Assembly (NCBI GenBank): GCA_951406725.2
Contig: OX597835.1
Span: 35,216,001 to 35,280,000, forward strand
Origin: Octopus vulgaris
Taxonomy: Eukaryota
Direction: 5' to 3'
DNA length: 64,000 bases
In this document: piece after piece, positions 1-15,710 of the stretch
How the letters are laid out: the number at the start of each line of letters is the position of its first letter
Numbering within the stretch: position 1 is the first letter of the stretch
Translations under genes and position numbers: made by a program
Notes under the pieces: generated by a model
The model's input: the letters and a program-made list of their open reading frames with translations, nothing else
Told to the model about the DNA's origin: nothing
Database searches by the model: none

Positions 1-234
1 AGCTGCTTCATAATGCGATGCTTTATATTTTTCAGGTATTTCTGAATAAAATTTGTATCTTTTAACTCTTCTTCAGCTTGACATAATGCATGCTAAATAT
101 TATCGGGATTGATAATATTTAGCATCCATTATGACAATAGATCCAATTTATCTGTCTGTTTGGTGTCCATTGTTTCATTCTTTTCTAGATTTTTAACCGC
201 AGACTTTTCCGATTTCGTAATATTCTGTTTGACA

Positions 235-1220
235 AAGGCGGCGAGCTGCCAGAATCGCTAGCACGCCGGGCGAAATGCCTAACGGTATTTCGTCTGCCGC
301 TACGTTCTGAGTTCTGAGTTCAAATTCCGCTGAGGTCGACTTTTGCCTTACATCCTTTCGGGGTCGAATAAATAAGTACCAGTTACGCACTGGGATCGAT
401 ATAATCGACTTAATCCGTTTGTCCTTGTTTGTCCACGCTATGTTTAGCCCATTGTGCGTAATAAAGAAATAGGTATTTCGTCTACCGCTACGTTCTGAGT
501 TCAAATTCCGCCGAGGTTTACTTTGCCTTTCATCTTTCGGGGTCGATAAATTAAGTACCAGTTACGCACTGGGGTTGATATAATCGACTTAATCCCTTTG
601 TCTGTCCTTGTTTGTCCTCTCTGTGTTTAGCCCCTTGTGGGTAGTAAAGAAATAAGTATTTCATCTGCTGTTACGTTCTGAGTTCAAAATCCGCCGAGGT
701 GGACTTTGCCTTTCATCCTTTCGGAGTCAATAAAATAAGTACCAGTTATGCAATGGGGACGATGTAATCGACTTAATCCGTTTGTTTGTCCTTGTTTGCT
801 CCCTCCATGTTCAGCCCCTCGTGGGCAATAAAGAAATAAGAAACGTTAGTACGCTGGGTGAAATGCTTAGCGGTATTTCGTCTACCGTTATATTGTGAGT
901 TCAAATTCCGCCGAGCTCGACTTTACCTTTCATCCTTTCGGGGTCGATAAATTAAGTACCAGTTACGTACTGGGGTCGATGTAATCGACTTAATCCGTTT
1001 GTCTGTCCTTGTTTGTCCACTCTATGTTTAGCCCCTTGTAGGCAATAAATAAATAGGTACTTCGTCTGACTTGACGTTCTGAAGTCAAATCCCGCCGAGT
1101 TCGACTTTGCCTTTCATCCCTTCGGGGTCGATAAATTAAGTACCAGTTGCGTACTGGGGTCAATCTACTCGACTGACACCCTCCCCCGAAAATTTCAGGC
1201 CTTCTGCCTTCAGTAGAAAA
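235..1220 (+). mobile_element. Tandem array of ~5 head-to-tail units of a tRNA-derived SINE with a MetaSINE-like central domain (family B)
   Basis: Head AAGGCGGCGAGCTGCCAGAATCGCTAGCAC at 235. The block GTTCTGAGTTCAAATTCCGCCGAGGTCGACTTTGCCTTTCATCCTTTCGGGGTCGATAAATTAAGTACCAG recurs five times at ~180-210 bp spacing. Confidence 0.85.
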
Positions 1221-1465
1221 GAATATTTTGTTTGACAAAACTAATTTATTATGTATATTGGTTTCAAATTTCGAGACAAAGCTAATAATTTTGGAGAAGG
1301 ACATAAGTCAATTACATTGAGTACAACGCTCAACTGGTACTTATATTATCTGCTCCTAGAAGGGATGACAAAATTGAGCTCCGCGGAATTTGAACTCAGA
1401 ACGTAAAGAGCTGAAAGAAATAACTATTGAGTATTTTGTCCGGCGTGCCACTTTCATATATGCAT

Positions 1466-1507
<42 letters not shown>

Positions 1508-1819
1508 ACACACCCACCCCACACACCCACACCCACACCCACACCCACACCATTATACACGTAAATACATACATACGTAGATACATACGTACGTACATAT
1601 GTAGATACATACACATATACATACATACGTACATAAATACATACGTACATACGTACATACATACACACATGCATGCATACATTCATAAATAGCTACGTAC
1701 ATACATATATACATATGCACATAAATACATACGCACATGCATACAGGCGCAGATAGATACATACATACATACATACACGCATACATACATACGTACATTC
1801 CTTTCAACTATAGGTAAAA

Positions 1820-2552
1820 AGAATGACCGTAAGATTGCACCAAGAAAGTTCCCCCCTGGGAGGCTCCAGGCAAAATTGCTTATGGAAGAGCAGCAGTGAC
1901 CCATGCGTAGCAACCTTTCCTCTCCATGCCACTCATATTGTCCAAGGGGAAGGCAAAAGGCCGATACACTTGACACTAGTAACATCGCACCTCATTTCTA
2001 TAGCTGAGTGAACTGCAGCAATGTGAGTGGAGGCGCAATGGCCCAGTGGTTAGGGCAGTGGACTCGCGGTAGGAGGATCGCGGTTTCGATTCCCAGACTG
2101 GGCGTTGTGTGTGTTTATTGAGCGAAAACACCTAAACTTCCACGAGGCTCCGGCAGGGGGTGGTGACGACCCCTGTTGTACTCTTTCGCTCCGACTTTCT
2201 CTCACTCTTTCTTCCTGTTTCTTGTCCCCAACTTCCTACGCAACCGCTGAGCCTAGATGTGCATTCATCCATCCATCGATGCTCTCGGTGTCGGGGGTTG
2301 AGCGGCTTTCTCTCCTGTGGGTCTTACGAATAGCAAAGGACCACGTTTCGGACTTCTCCCACTACAGACAATCCTGAGGCGCGATCTTGCGAGCTCTGGG
2401 ACGAAGACCAGTTCGCTCAACAAACAAACAAGCAGTAACATGAAATAAATCGTCTTGCTCAAAAACGAAACACACAGCCCAGTCCGGGAATCGAGCTCAC
2501 TACCTCAAGATTGTGAGTCCTACGCTCTAACCACTGAGCCATGCGCCTTCAC
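1820..2552 (-). mobile_element. tRNA-derived SINE (family D) interrupted by a family C SINE at 2027-2431
   Basis: Reverse complement matches the intact family D copy at 15377-15710 (GGCGCATGGCTCAGTGGTTAGAGCG...TTGAGCAAGAC...TTTCA..TTGC..CAGTTCACTCAGCT...ATCGGCCTTTTGCCTTCCCCTTGGA). Confidence 0.8.
2027..2431 (+). mobile_element. tRNA-derived SINE (family C) with (CAAA)n tail
   Basis: A-box TGGCCCAGTGG and B-box-like GGTTTCGATTCCC. Second copy at 41350-41754 on the minus strand. Degenerate TSD GCAGCAATGTGA / GCAGTAACATGA. Confidence 0.85.
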
Positions 2553-3048
2553 CCACTATAGGTACAAGACCTCAAATTTTAGGGGAGGCAACTAGGGGAT
2601 TCCACTGACCCTTTTGCTCAACGGGTAATTATTTCAAGGAGGAAATACAAGGTCAAGCGCGACAGATTTTGAACTTAGAGCGTAAAGATGGCTAAAATGC
2701 CTCCAAGCATATATACATGCGCGCATATATATATATATATATTATATGTATTTATGGATATATGTATATTTGTATATATGTATAATGGCATTTGCTATTG
2801 CATGTCTACGACAATGAAGTCGGTAGTCATGAAATAATAAGTTATAATGTTGGTTTCTCTCCCGCATCGGTTATTGAACAGATCAGTACTGTATCGATGC
2901 GTACGCCTGTGAGTGTAGATCAAAGGGCGAGTAGAGTTTTTTACGAAGTATAACGTCATGCCATTTTATATAAAACCTATATACTACAACACAGTGTAAT
3001 GCTGTCTGTCAATCTTTCTATCAATTTATCTATCTATACACATACATG

Positions 3049-3130
<82 letters not shown>

Positions 3131-3191
3131 TATACATATATACATATATATATGTATGTATATATATATATATATATAAATACATAGATTC

Positions 3192-3222
<31 letters not shown>

Positions 3223-3382
3223 TACATACATAAATATAATTGCTTTACCCAACAGTTCAACACACTAATCGACATATACCCATTAACCCCAAACTATTGA
3301 ATATATACACACAAATATATATAAGTATATGTGTTTATATATATATATATATATATGAATATATATATATGTATGTATGTAT

Positions 3383-3447
<65 letters not shown>

Positions 3448-3740
3448 TATATATATATATATGAATATATATATATGTATATATCTGTATATATATATAT
3501 AAATATATGTATGTATATATAAATATGAATATATATATATGTATATATATAAATATATATTTGATAAATACAGATATAAATCCATCTATCTATTTACCCA
3601 CCAATATGTACACGCGGGCGTAATATATATCTACATGCACGCACACACACACACACACAAACACAACACACACACACACAGAAATACACATGCACACACA
3701 CACATATGGTGTAGATACGCATATATACAAATATATATAA

Positions 3741-3783
<43 letters not shown>

Positions 3784-3839
3784 TATATGTGTACGTTTAC
3801 GCACGGACATGGACACACACGCGCGCACATTACATATAC

Positions 3840-3877
<38 letters not shown>

Positions 3878-4048
3878 ACAAAATCAGTTATCCGCAAACT
3901 AGTGCAATAAACATTCAATTGTTTGACCTTTCATGACCGGAGTTATCGATCGAGAGTTACGTAGAAACGAGTGATCAATACTATCGTTACTTCAAGAAAA
4001 GAAGTAAGAAGGCTGTAAAATAAAATAAATAAATATATACATATATGT

Positions 4049-4095
<47 letters not shown>

Positions 4096-4295
4096 TATAT
4101 CTGTGTGTGTGTGTATTCGCACCTGTATACGCACTTAGATATGATCTGAAATATGTATCAGTTTCTCCACATAAAAACCTGTGTTCAAAAGTGTATATAT
4201 ATCTACGTAAATTTATATACCCCAGCACCACCCTTTAACATGTATACGTTCAGGTAAATATTCCCCCAAAATATGTGTGCGTGCGTGTGTGTGAC

Positions 4296-4348
<53 letters not shown>

Positions 4349-4396
4349 GAATATACATATACATATTTATATATTTATATATGTGTATGTGTATAT

Positions 4397-4442
<46 letters not shown>

Positions 4443-4479
4443 AAATATATATATATTTATATTTATATATGTTTTATAC

Positions 4480-4519
<40 letters not shown>

Positions 4520-4708
4520 ATATATATGTATATAGGAATATGCATAAATGGTATATACATGCATAAAATATGTCTACTGATATATGTATGTGTGTATATA
4601 TACGTATATACACGTATACATACATGCTTGGCTAAACTATGACAAATATAATCCTTCACAAGCAGAAATATATATTCATATATATTTTAGATACGATATA
4701 TATATATT

Positions 4709-4747
<39 letters not shown>

Positions 4748-4772
4748 GGGTATGTCTATGTGTAAACCTTTA

Positions 4773-4856
<84 letters not shown>

Positions 4857-5614
4857 CATATGTACATACACGCACACACGTACATGGGTACTCTGTGTCT
4901 CATTCTCACACATATTTAAACACATACATTCAAGCATACATAGAAATTCGCATGTATCATACATAACTATACAGAAATCGTTATACACAGTGTTATACCT
5001 TTTTGCATGTGTGTATATGTACAGCGTTTCTATTCTTGATTCATCCTACGGAAATTATTGGATCTGCCATCTAATTAGGTGGTATTGTTCAGTAAAAAGT
5101 AAGGAAACTCCACAGAAAATAATGGTCTCCTTATTCTGTATTCTTTCTCTCGTTTAACACTGTTTCATCTTTGAAAATATTTTCAATTCTCTCCCTGTTT
5201 GTGTTCAAATTTTTCTCAACACAAACATAGTGTTTTCATAGAATGGTTATCAGCAAACGTGGCATACGTATATAGATATAATTACATTTATATATGTCCA
5301 TACGCACAGGCATAGGTACATACATACTTACACACATATATACATATATATGCATACATTCATACACGTACATATACATACCGACATACTACCATCATAC
5401 ATATATATATATATATATGCATATATACTTGTATGTGTGTGTGCGCGTGTGTGTATGTATGTGTATGTATGTGTGTGTGTGTATGACATACATACATATA
5501 TATACGAACCCTCACAAAACACAACACCATACAGACACCATGTAAACACATATATATTCATACCCTGACGCAAACGTATATATGAATATATATATATATG
5601 CATGCATACATACA

Positions 5615-5645
<31 letters not shown>

Positions 5646-5725
5646 GTGGGTTCTGTATATATCTACGTGTGTCATACACACATGCATATACGCGCAAGCA
5701 CACGCACATAGCACACACACACACA

Positions 5726-5772
<47 letters not shown>

Positions 5773-6064
5773 ATACACACGTATATATCTAAACGCATAC
5801 ACACACACACACAAAACAACGGGAAACGAATTCTTATCGCAACTTTTTAATATGTAAAAGTCTTTGATATTTGTGTATGTCTCTGCCTTCGTATGTTTTT
5901 TCGTTAATGCGTATGCACTGCAGTGGTGCTACGTGCGTCACATTGGCGAAGTCAAATCGTTTTCTACAATACATAAAGAGATGCATAGAAACGTATTTAT
6001 ACGTACATACATAAGTATATATATATATATATATATAATTTCTTTTTTTTTTCACTAGTTTCAG

Positions 6065-6245
<181 letters not shown>

Positions 6246-6327
6246 GATCTATTTACCTTTCTCTATCTTTACTCATACCTATAATATATATACATATATA
6301 TATATATGTATATATATATATGTATAT

Positions 6328-6738
6328 AGGCGCAGGAGTGGCTGTGTGGTAAGTAGCTTGTTTACCAGCCACATGGTTCCGGGTTCAGTCCCACTGCGTG
6401 GCACCTTGGGCAAGTGTCTTCTACTATAGCCTCGGGCCGACCAAAGCCTTGTGAGTGGATTTGGTAGACGGAAACTGAAAGAAGCCCGTCGTATATATGT
6501 ATATATATATATGCGTGTGTGTGTTTGTGTGTCTGTGTTTGTCCCCCTAGCATTGCTTGACAACCGATGCTGGTGTGTTTATGTCCCCGTTACTTAGCGG
6601 TTCGGCAAAAGAAACCGATAGAATAAGTACTGGGTTTACAAAGAATAAGTCCCGGGGTCGAGTTGCTCGACTAAAGGTGGTGTTCCAGCATGGCCGCAGT
6701 CAAATGACTGAAACAAGTAAAAAGAGTAAAAAAGAGTA
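6328..6738 (+). mobile_element. Full-length tRNA-derived SINE with CORE-like CCTTGGGCAAG motif and internal microsatellite (family A, octopus OR-type)
   Basis: AGGCGCAGGAGTGGCTGTGTGGTAAG...GGTTCAGTCCC...CCTTGGGCAAGTGTCTT...CAGCATGGCCGCAGTCAAATGACTGAAACAAGTAAAA. More than 12 copies or fragments in the window. Confidence 0.9.
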
Positions 6739-6742
6739 TATA

Positions 6743-6794
<52 letters not shown>

Positions 6795-6874
6795 CACACA
6801 GACATGCATAGATAGGCTGGTCGGTAGACAGGCAGGTAGAGTAATGGCAAAATAGAGCAGGGGGGTTATATTTA

Positions 6875-6912
<38 letters not shown>

Positions 6913-7194
6913 CTCTCTTATATATATCCTTCTCTGTCTGTCCGTCCGTCCAGCCCTCTGTCTGTGTGCCTGTCATTTTCAGTGTCTCACATTAGTGTAA
7001 GCCCTCATTTAAGATAGTCACACGAAGATCTATAAGTTTAAATGAGTGCATATGGGTATACAGTGCTCTTCCACACACATATGTATACATACATACATAT
7101 ATATATATACACACACACACACGCATATATATACTTATCCATACATATCCATCAATCCATCCATCCATCCATCCAAACCTACCTACCTACCTAC

Positions 7195-7246
<52 letters not shown>

Positions 7247-7320
7247 TTATCTATCTATCAATCCATCTATATGTATGTATGTGCAGGCACGTGTGCATGT
7301 GTATGGTGCATATGAGTGTG

Positions 7321-7442
<122 letters not shown>

Positions 7443-7520
7443 CACGTATATCTGTGTGTGTAAACGTATTCACATATATATATATATACATACATATACA
7501 TACATACATACATATATGTA

Positions 7521-7596
<76 letters not shown>

Positions 7597-7682
7597 CATA
7601 CATACATACATATAAACGTGTCCCCCCATATATTTTTCATATATAGTTATATGTGTATATATATTATACATGATATAATTTC

Positions 7683-8105
7683 TTTTATTTTCACTAGTTT
7701 CAGTTATGCTGGAGCACTACCTTAAAAGTTGTTTTAGACGAAGAAATCGACGTCAGACCTTATTCCTTGTAAACCTGGCGCTTATTCTATCGGTCACTCA
7801 GGGCGAAATGCTAGGTTATGGGGACATAAACACACCAGCATCGGTTGTCAAGTGATGGTGGGGAGTGGCGACAAAAACACAGACACAAAGACATACACAG
7901 ACGTAAGTATATATATATTTATATATATATATATATACATACGACGGGCTTCTTTCAGTTTCTGTCTACCAAATCCATTCGTAAGATTTCGGTCGGCCCA
8001 AGGTTATAGTAGAAGACACTTGCCTTAGGAGCCACGCAGCGAGACTGAACCTGAAACCATGTGGTTGAGAAGCAAGCTTCTTACTAGACAGCCACGAACA
8101 GAGCC
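7683..8105 (-). mobile_element. Diverged family A SINE
   Basis: Reverse complement of the 6328-6738 consensus with substitutions. Confidence 0.8.
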
Positions 8106-8173
8106 TATGTGTATGAATATTTTATAAAACTATATATACATACGTATATACACACACGCGCACACACACTTAT

Positions 8174-8233
<60 letters not shown>

Positions 8234-8248
8234 GTACATATATATATA

Positions 8249-8311
<63 letters not shown>

Positions 8312-8412
8312 ATATATATGCATATACATACACATATATATTTCCATATGTTCTTACCGCACAGCCACGCCTATATATATAAATAAATATTTTATCAAAA
8401 AGTATATATATG

Positions 8413-8481
<69 letters not shown>

Positions 8482-9116
8482 TTATATATATACATATATA
8501 CATATGCATATACACACATGTGTCTGCATGGTTATGTAACTCTGCAATACAATTGTTCACACACACACACACACACACACACAGTCATACGCACGCACAC
8601 ACTTACATACACACTCTCTAGCATTCGCATACGCAGTACAGATAACCACACAAACACAGGCAAATAGTTTTCTGAGATGTGTGTTTGTTTACATGTGAGC
8701 GTGCGAGTGTGTATCAGCTTCTGCGTTCCCATACATACATGAAAAAAAAACCAAGAATGAATAGCAATGTTCATACATACATGTATAAGCGAATGTGTCT
8801 GTGCATGAATCTAGCTATGGATGCACGTACGGGATACTGTGTTTTTGTTTAAGTATATATGTATGAAGTATATATGTATATATATGTATGTAGGCAGATA
8901 TGTATGCATGCGTGTATGTATGCATGTGTGAATGTCTGTATGTATGTATGTATGTATGTATGTATGTATGTATGTATGTATGTATGTATGTATGTATGTA
9001 TGTGTGTGTGTATGTATGTATGTATGTGTGTATGTATGTATGTATGTATGTATGTATGTATGTATGTATGTATGCATGCATGCATGTATGTATGTATGTA
9101 TGTATGTATGCATGCA

Positions 9117-9150
<34 letters not shown>

Positions 9151-9807
9151 CATGTATGTATGTATGCATGAATGTATTTATGTATGTATGTATATATGAA
9201 TGTATGTTTGTATGTATGTAAGTATGTATGTATGTATGCATGAATGTATATATGTATGTATGCATGTATGTATGCATGTATGTATGAATGTATGTATGCA
9301 TGTGTGTATGCATGTGTATCTATATATGTATGCATGTATGCGTTTTGTTTTTGTATATGCATGTATGTATGTATGCATGTATGTATATATGTATGTATGT
9401 ATATATGTATGTGTATATGTATGTATGCATATATGTATATGCATGCTAATGTATAGGTATTAACACATGTATATAACACATGTATATATGTTAATCAACA
9501 GAGTATATAAATGAACGTTCCCAAACGGAATCGTGTAAATAAATAAAAAATCTAAATAAAATATTAAATTAAAATTTCGTGGTGCTCACGCGGTTATGGC
9601 CGTTGTTGTTGTTATCGTTGTTGTTGTTGTTATCGTTGTTGTTGTTGTTATCGTTGTTGTTGTTGTTATCGTTGTTGTTGTTGTTGCTCTTGAGTGAGTA
9701 TTTTAAATTTTCTTTCAAATTTCAGGTTTTATTATTTTTATCTATAAATTAGAATTGCTAGGAAAGAAATATTAATTCTTCAATAGAGAAACACAGTTAC
9801 ACATGCG

Positions 9808-9869
<62 letters not shown>

Positions 9870-10095
9870 CACACACACACACAAACACGCGCACATACAC
9901 TCGCACATATACACAGAAACGTATGCGTGCAAGTAAACACACCCATACACATACGATACCAACCATATATGCAGGCAAACATATACATACATAAAGAATT
10001 ATGCATACTAGAAAATATTTATCTAAGTGTGGATAAATCTATAAATGTACGTATGTATGTATGTATGTATATTTGTATGTATGTATGTATGTATG

Positions 10096-10126
<31 letters not shown>

Positions 10127-10599
10127 CTATCTATCTATGTATCTATCTATCTATCTGTCTGTCTGTCTGTCTATCTATATATCTATCTATCAATCTATCT
10201 ATGTATCTATGTATCTATCTATCTATCGATCTATCTATCTATCTATCTGTATATATATATATATATATATATACACCCACACATAGACATATATATATGT
10301 ATATAGACATATATATATATATATATATACACACCTATACATATGTATGTGTGTGTGTATATAAATATATATATATATATACACACCTATACATATATAT
10401 GTATGTGTGTATATATATATATATACACACCTATACATATATATGTATGTGTGTGTGTATATAAATATATATATATACACACTTATACATATATATTTAT
10501 GTGTGTCTGTTTGTGTGTGTGGTGTATCTATCTATCTATATAATATATATATAATGGTGTAAGTGGAGTAAGAACACGCACAAAAAAAAAAACAAAGTG

Positions 10600-10644
10600 T
10601 GTCACTGAAGAGGTCACAGACGTGTGACGAAAGATTTCTGGACA
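10600..10644 (+). ncRNA. Minimal type-I hammerhead ribozyme-like motif (C3:G8 core), degenerate
   Basis: TGTCA-CTGAAGA-G-GTCACA gacg TGTGAC-GAAA-GATTTC-TG(G)ACA: 6-bp helix II, near-palindromic helix III (AGATTT), bulged helix I. Lies in a ~150-bp island between (TA)n tracts. Confidence 0.6.
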
Positions 10645-10714
10645 ATAGACATGAGTTAAAATACTAAAAGAAGAGCGCTAATAAAAGGGTGAAGAAAAAA
10701 TATGATGTGCGTGT

Positions 10715-10789
<75 letters not shown>

Positions 10790-10839
10790 AAAAGGCATGT
10801 ATGAAACTTAGAAAAATATATTGGATGAAGAATATTCAT

Positions 10840-11047
10840 CTCTACTCCAGGCACAAGGCCCGAAATTTTGTGGACGGGGCCCAGTCGATTAGATTTACCC
10901 CAAAACGGAACAAGTATTAATTTATCGACCGCAAAAGGATGAAAGACAAAGTCGACCTCGGCGGATTTGAACTCAGGACGTAACGGCAGACAGAATACTG
11001 CAAAGCATTTCGCCCGGCGTGCTAACGTTTCTGCCGGCTCGCCGCCT
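10840..11047 (-). mobile_element. Family B (MetaSINE-like) SINE
   Basis: AAAAGGATGAAAGACAAAGTCGACCTCGGCGGATTTGAACTCAG...GCTCGCCGCCT is the reverse complement of the family B consensus. Confidence 0.8.
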
Positions 11048-11708
11048 CACTGGTTAAAGAATTTTCTACAAACTAGGATACACTTCATGCAATTTGGAAA
11101 GCTGGAGTCAGTAAGACAGAGTTTCAACATTTAAATTACTCATAAAATTCAACGGACATGATTCCACACTGTCCCCAACTACTAAATTTTACAATTTTGG
11201 CAGAAAATAATGAAAAAACAGAAAATAAACTAGAAACGAGTAACTTGCCCAAGATGTCCTGCAGTGGGCCTCATGAATAAAAAGCTGTAGAATTATAACA
11301 TTTCTCTATGTCTAAAATTCGTGGCGATGCACCCAAAAATTACGTTATGCAGCCATAGATATACATAAATATACATACTTTCATATATATGTAAACACAC
11401 ATCTTCCACATATATTTGTATATAAGATATATTAATTTATAGTATGTATAATGTACATATATGTGTGTGTGTGTGAATGTGTTGTATGTATACATATATA
11501 TATATATTTATATATATATTAATGTATATATAAATATAATGTATATACATGTATATACATATATATATACATATATATATATGCATGCATATATATATAG
11601 ACATCACACACACATATATATGTATAATACACACGCATACCTATATAAATATTTTGTTTACGGAAGCTTGTACAGACTCACAAATACGCAAGCATATAAA
11701 CCCACTAT

Positions 11709-11772
<64 letters not shown>

Positions 11773-11861
11773 TATATACATACATATGTATGTATGAATA
11801 TATATATTTATATATACATACATATATTCATATGTATTTATATATATATATTTATATAGGT

Positions 11862-11910
<49 letters not shown>

Positions 11911-12060
11911 TGTGTGTACTGGAGTCAATTCGTTCGACTAGAATCACCCAAGTCGTGTTCCAGCATTGCCGTCAAATGATTAAAAAAGTAAAAGATTAAA
12001 TATATATGCATACACATGTATGTGTATATATATATATATGTTCGTATGTAATATACATAA

Positions 12061-12115
<55 letters not shown>

Positions 12116-12560
12116 TATATATATACACACACACAAAGATATATGCATATATTTGTGTGTGTGTCTCACAAGCGCGTTTTAATGTATACACGTACGCATA
12201 TGCAGATACATACGTGCTAATATATAAAAGCTCTGGCACAAATGCATATACACACACATCAAGAGGGAATACGATTTCATTTGTTAAAGTTTTTAAGTTA
12301 TATTATCAATCAGCCTCACATCAAGTCGACATATTTCTGTTTCGTTATTTGTGTCTAATCATATACTTATATACATACATGCATACATACATACATACAT
12401 ATATACATACATACATACATTCATACATACATACATAATACATATATTCATACATACATATATATATTCATATATACATACATACATACATACATATATA
12501 TATGCATGTACATCCATACACAAAAATATATATATATATATATATATATAAATACATATG

Positions 12561-12612
<52 letters not shown>

Positions 12613-12618
12613 CATATG

Positions 12619-12649
<31 letters not shown>

Positions 12650-12738
12650 ATATACATATATATAAATACATATATATACATGCATACGTGTATATATATA
12701 TATTTGCATATATATATACATATATATATGCATGTATA

Positions 12739-12770
<32 letters not shown>

Positions 12771-12772
12771 CG

Positions 12773-12873
<101 letters not shown>

Positions 12874-13500
12874 GTATATATATATATATATAGACACAAG
12901 CATAAATATACAAGGGCCATTTTCCTATCATTTACTTCTTAAACTTTCTCTCTGTCCCTCATCTTTTTCTCTTTCTTTTCCCCCTTTTTGCCTCACCAAG
13001 GCACATGCTCTCTTCTCTTACTTTTTTTTCTCAAAGATATTCACTCTTTCTCTCTCTCTTCTACACACTCTCTCTCTTTCTCTCTTCCCCCTCTCTCTTT
13101 GTGTACTAAGACAAATATACACATAGATCACATTAGTCATTTGTACTCAGAAAATTAGACAAACACATATTAACTTCTATGTCAATCCTCTTTTACACAC
13201 ACACACACAAACACACATACAGACATAAACATGTGTGTATATACATATATGTATATAATATATATTTATATGTATATTGATATTCATTTATGTATATATA
13301 TATATATATATATATACATGTGTGTGTATACATATATATACATATATACATATGTATATATATGTAAGTATATATATGCATATATATATATGTGAATATA
13401 TATGTATATATATATGTATATATATATGTATATATATATGATTGATATATATATATATTTCTATTTATAATTATATGTGCAGATATGTATATATGTATAT

Positions 13501-13541
<41 letters not shown>

Positions 13542-14066
13542 AGTATGTATATATAGAAACAAATGTCACAGACATACACACACACGTGTGTGTGTGTGTG
13601 TGGTGTCTCATCTCAGCCTGCTAATCCGTTAATCTGTGTACACCTTGAGGTGGTTTAATCAGAAGGCATGCGCCCTCAAACAGCGTGCAATTATGCATGA
13701 CGGTTTAACATTGGCTAAGCGAACTGCGACTATCCCTTCCATGGTATTATGTAAAATTATATAAAGCAACTTGCCAATAATGTACTGTGCATTCGAGCAT
13801 GACAATTATATGTATGCTTGGATGTACGAATGTATTGATGGGTGGATGAATGCAGAGATGTATGTATACATGTATTTATATATATATATATATATGGATA
13901 TATATAGGTTTATATATAGATGAATAATGTATGTATCAATATGTATATACGTATATATATATATATATATATATATATTGATAGACAGATAGGCATATAT
14001 ATGTATACACACATATATATATATATGTATATATATATACATATATACACATACATATACATATAC

Positions 14067-14117
<51 letters not shown>

Positions 14118-14414
14118 TTGTGCATATATAAATATGATATAGTTATAAATTTGTACATAAATATACATATCTTTATAAAAAATAGTTATATATATAATAT
14201 TTATATATGCACATACATATAAATATACATACATACATCTACGTACACACGCACACACACATACATATATATACACAGCTTCTATCTATCTATCTATCTA
14301 TATATATATATGTATATATGTAAGTACATACTTACACATGCACGTAAATATATGCATATATTTTTTATATACACACATACATTATGCACATGCACACATA
14401 CGCACATATGTATG

Positions 14415-14470
<56 letters not shown>

Positions 14471-14887
14471 TATATATATGAATATATGTATGCATATACG
14501 AAAAGAATTATACAGCACAAACGTTCTGGTATATTTCTATAAATATATAATTCCATCGTCAAAGAGGCAGATGTTGCTGTCGTTGATAGTGTTATCTCTA
14601 ATTTGAAGTTCCGGTTCCTGGACGAAATGAAATCCTATGATCTTTCGCTAAATACTTCATTTCATGTCGCTCGAGTCAACTCAGATGTCAAAGTTGTGTA
14701 TTTCTTCTACGGACCAGCCTCCCATCTAACAAGGAATAAATATGCCACAGACTGCGGGGGCATTGGTCCTATGGGCCTATAGCACGGGAAGAACATTTGA
14801 TCCTTTTCTTTATGTATCTGTATGTATATGTTTCTAAGTAACTTTATACATATCTATGTTTATATGTGTACGTATACATATATAAAT

Positions 14888-15200
14888 GAAGGCACATGAG
14901 TTAATGGTTAGAGAGCAGTCATGAGACAGTGAGTTCGTTTCTCGGATCGGGTTGTGTGTTGTGTTCTTTAGCAAGGCAATTTATGTCACGTTTTCTCAGT
15001 TCACTCAGTTGTAGAAGTGAGTCGTGACGTCACTGGTGCTAAGTTGTATCGACCTTTGCTTTGGACAACATCGGTGGTGTTGAGAGAGAAGGCTGGCATG
15101 CGTGGGCGACTGCTGGTCTTCCATAAACAATTTTGCCCGGCCTAGTAGCCGAGTGGGGAACTTTCTAGTGCACTCCCATTGTCATTCATGACCGAAGGGG
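14888..15200 (+). mobile_element. Diverged family D SINE
   Basis: Colinear with 15377-15710 (GTTCACTCAG.TGTAGAA.TGAGT.G.GACGTCAC...GGTCTTCCATAAACAA). Confidence 0.75.
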
Positions 15201-15224
15201 CTTTTCACCCTATACATATATATG

Positions 15225-15319
<95 letters not shown>

Positions 15320-15322
15320 ATA

Positions 15323-15376
<54 letters not shown>

Positions 15377-15378
<2 letters not shown>

Positions 15379-15710
15379 GAGGCGCATTGCTCAATGGTTA
15401 GAGCGTCGAGCTTACGATCGTGAGGTTGTGTGCTCGAATCCCGGACCGGGCTGCGTGTTGTGTTCTTGAGCAAGACACTTTATTTCACGTTGCTCCAGTT
15501 CACTCAGCTGTAGAAATGAGTTGCGACGTCACAGGTACCGAGCTGTATCGGCCTTTGCCTTTCCCTTGGATAACACTGGTGGCGTGGAGAGGGGAGATCG
15601 GTATGAATGGGCGACTGGTGGTCTTCCATAAACAACCTTGCCCGGACTTGCCCTGGGAGGGTAACTTTCTAGGTGCAATCCCATGGTCAGTGTCGTGACC
15701 GAAGGGGTCT
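15377..15710 (+). mobile_element. Family D tRNA-derived SINE, full length
   Basis: tRNA-like head GGAGGCGCATTGCTCAATGGTTAGAGCG...GCTCGAATCCC, then CORE-like TTGAGCAAGACACTTTATTTCACGTTGCTCCAG. Confidence 0.85.

Noticed and set aside
2027-2105. tRNA-like sequences at SINE heads (also 6328, 15377, 41680)
   Set aside because: A and B boxes are present but no full cloverleaf, and they continue into SINE bodies.
5150-5195. Minus-strand TTGAAAA...GAAACAGTGTT possible U3:A8 hammerhead
   Set aside because: Helix I and helix II do not pair convincingly.
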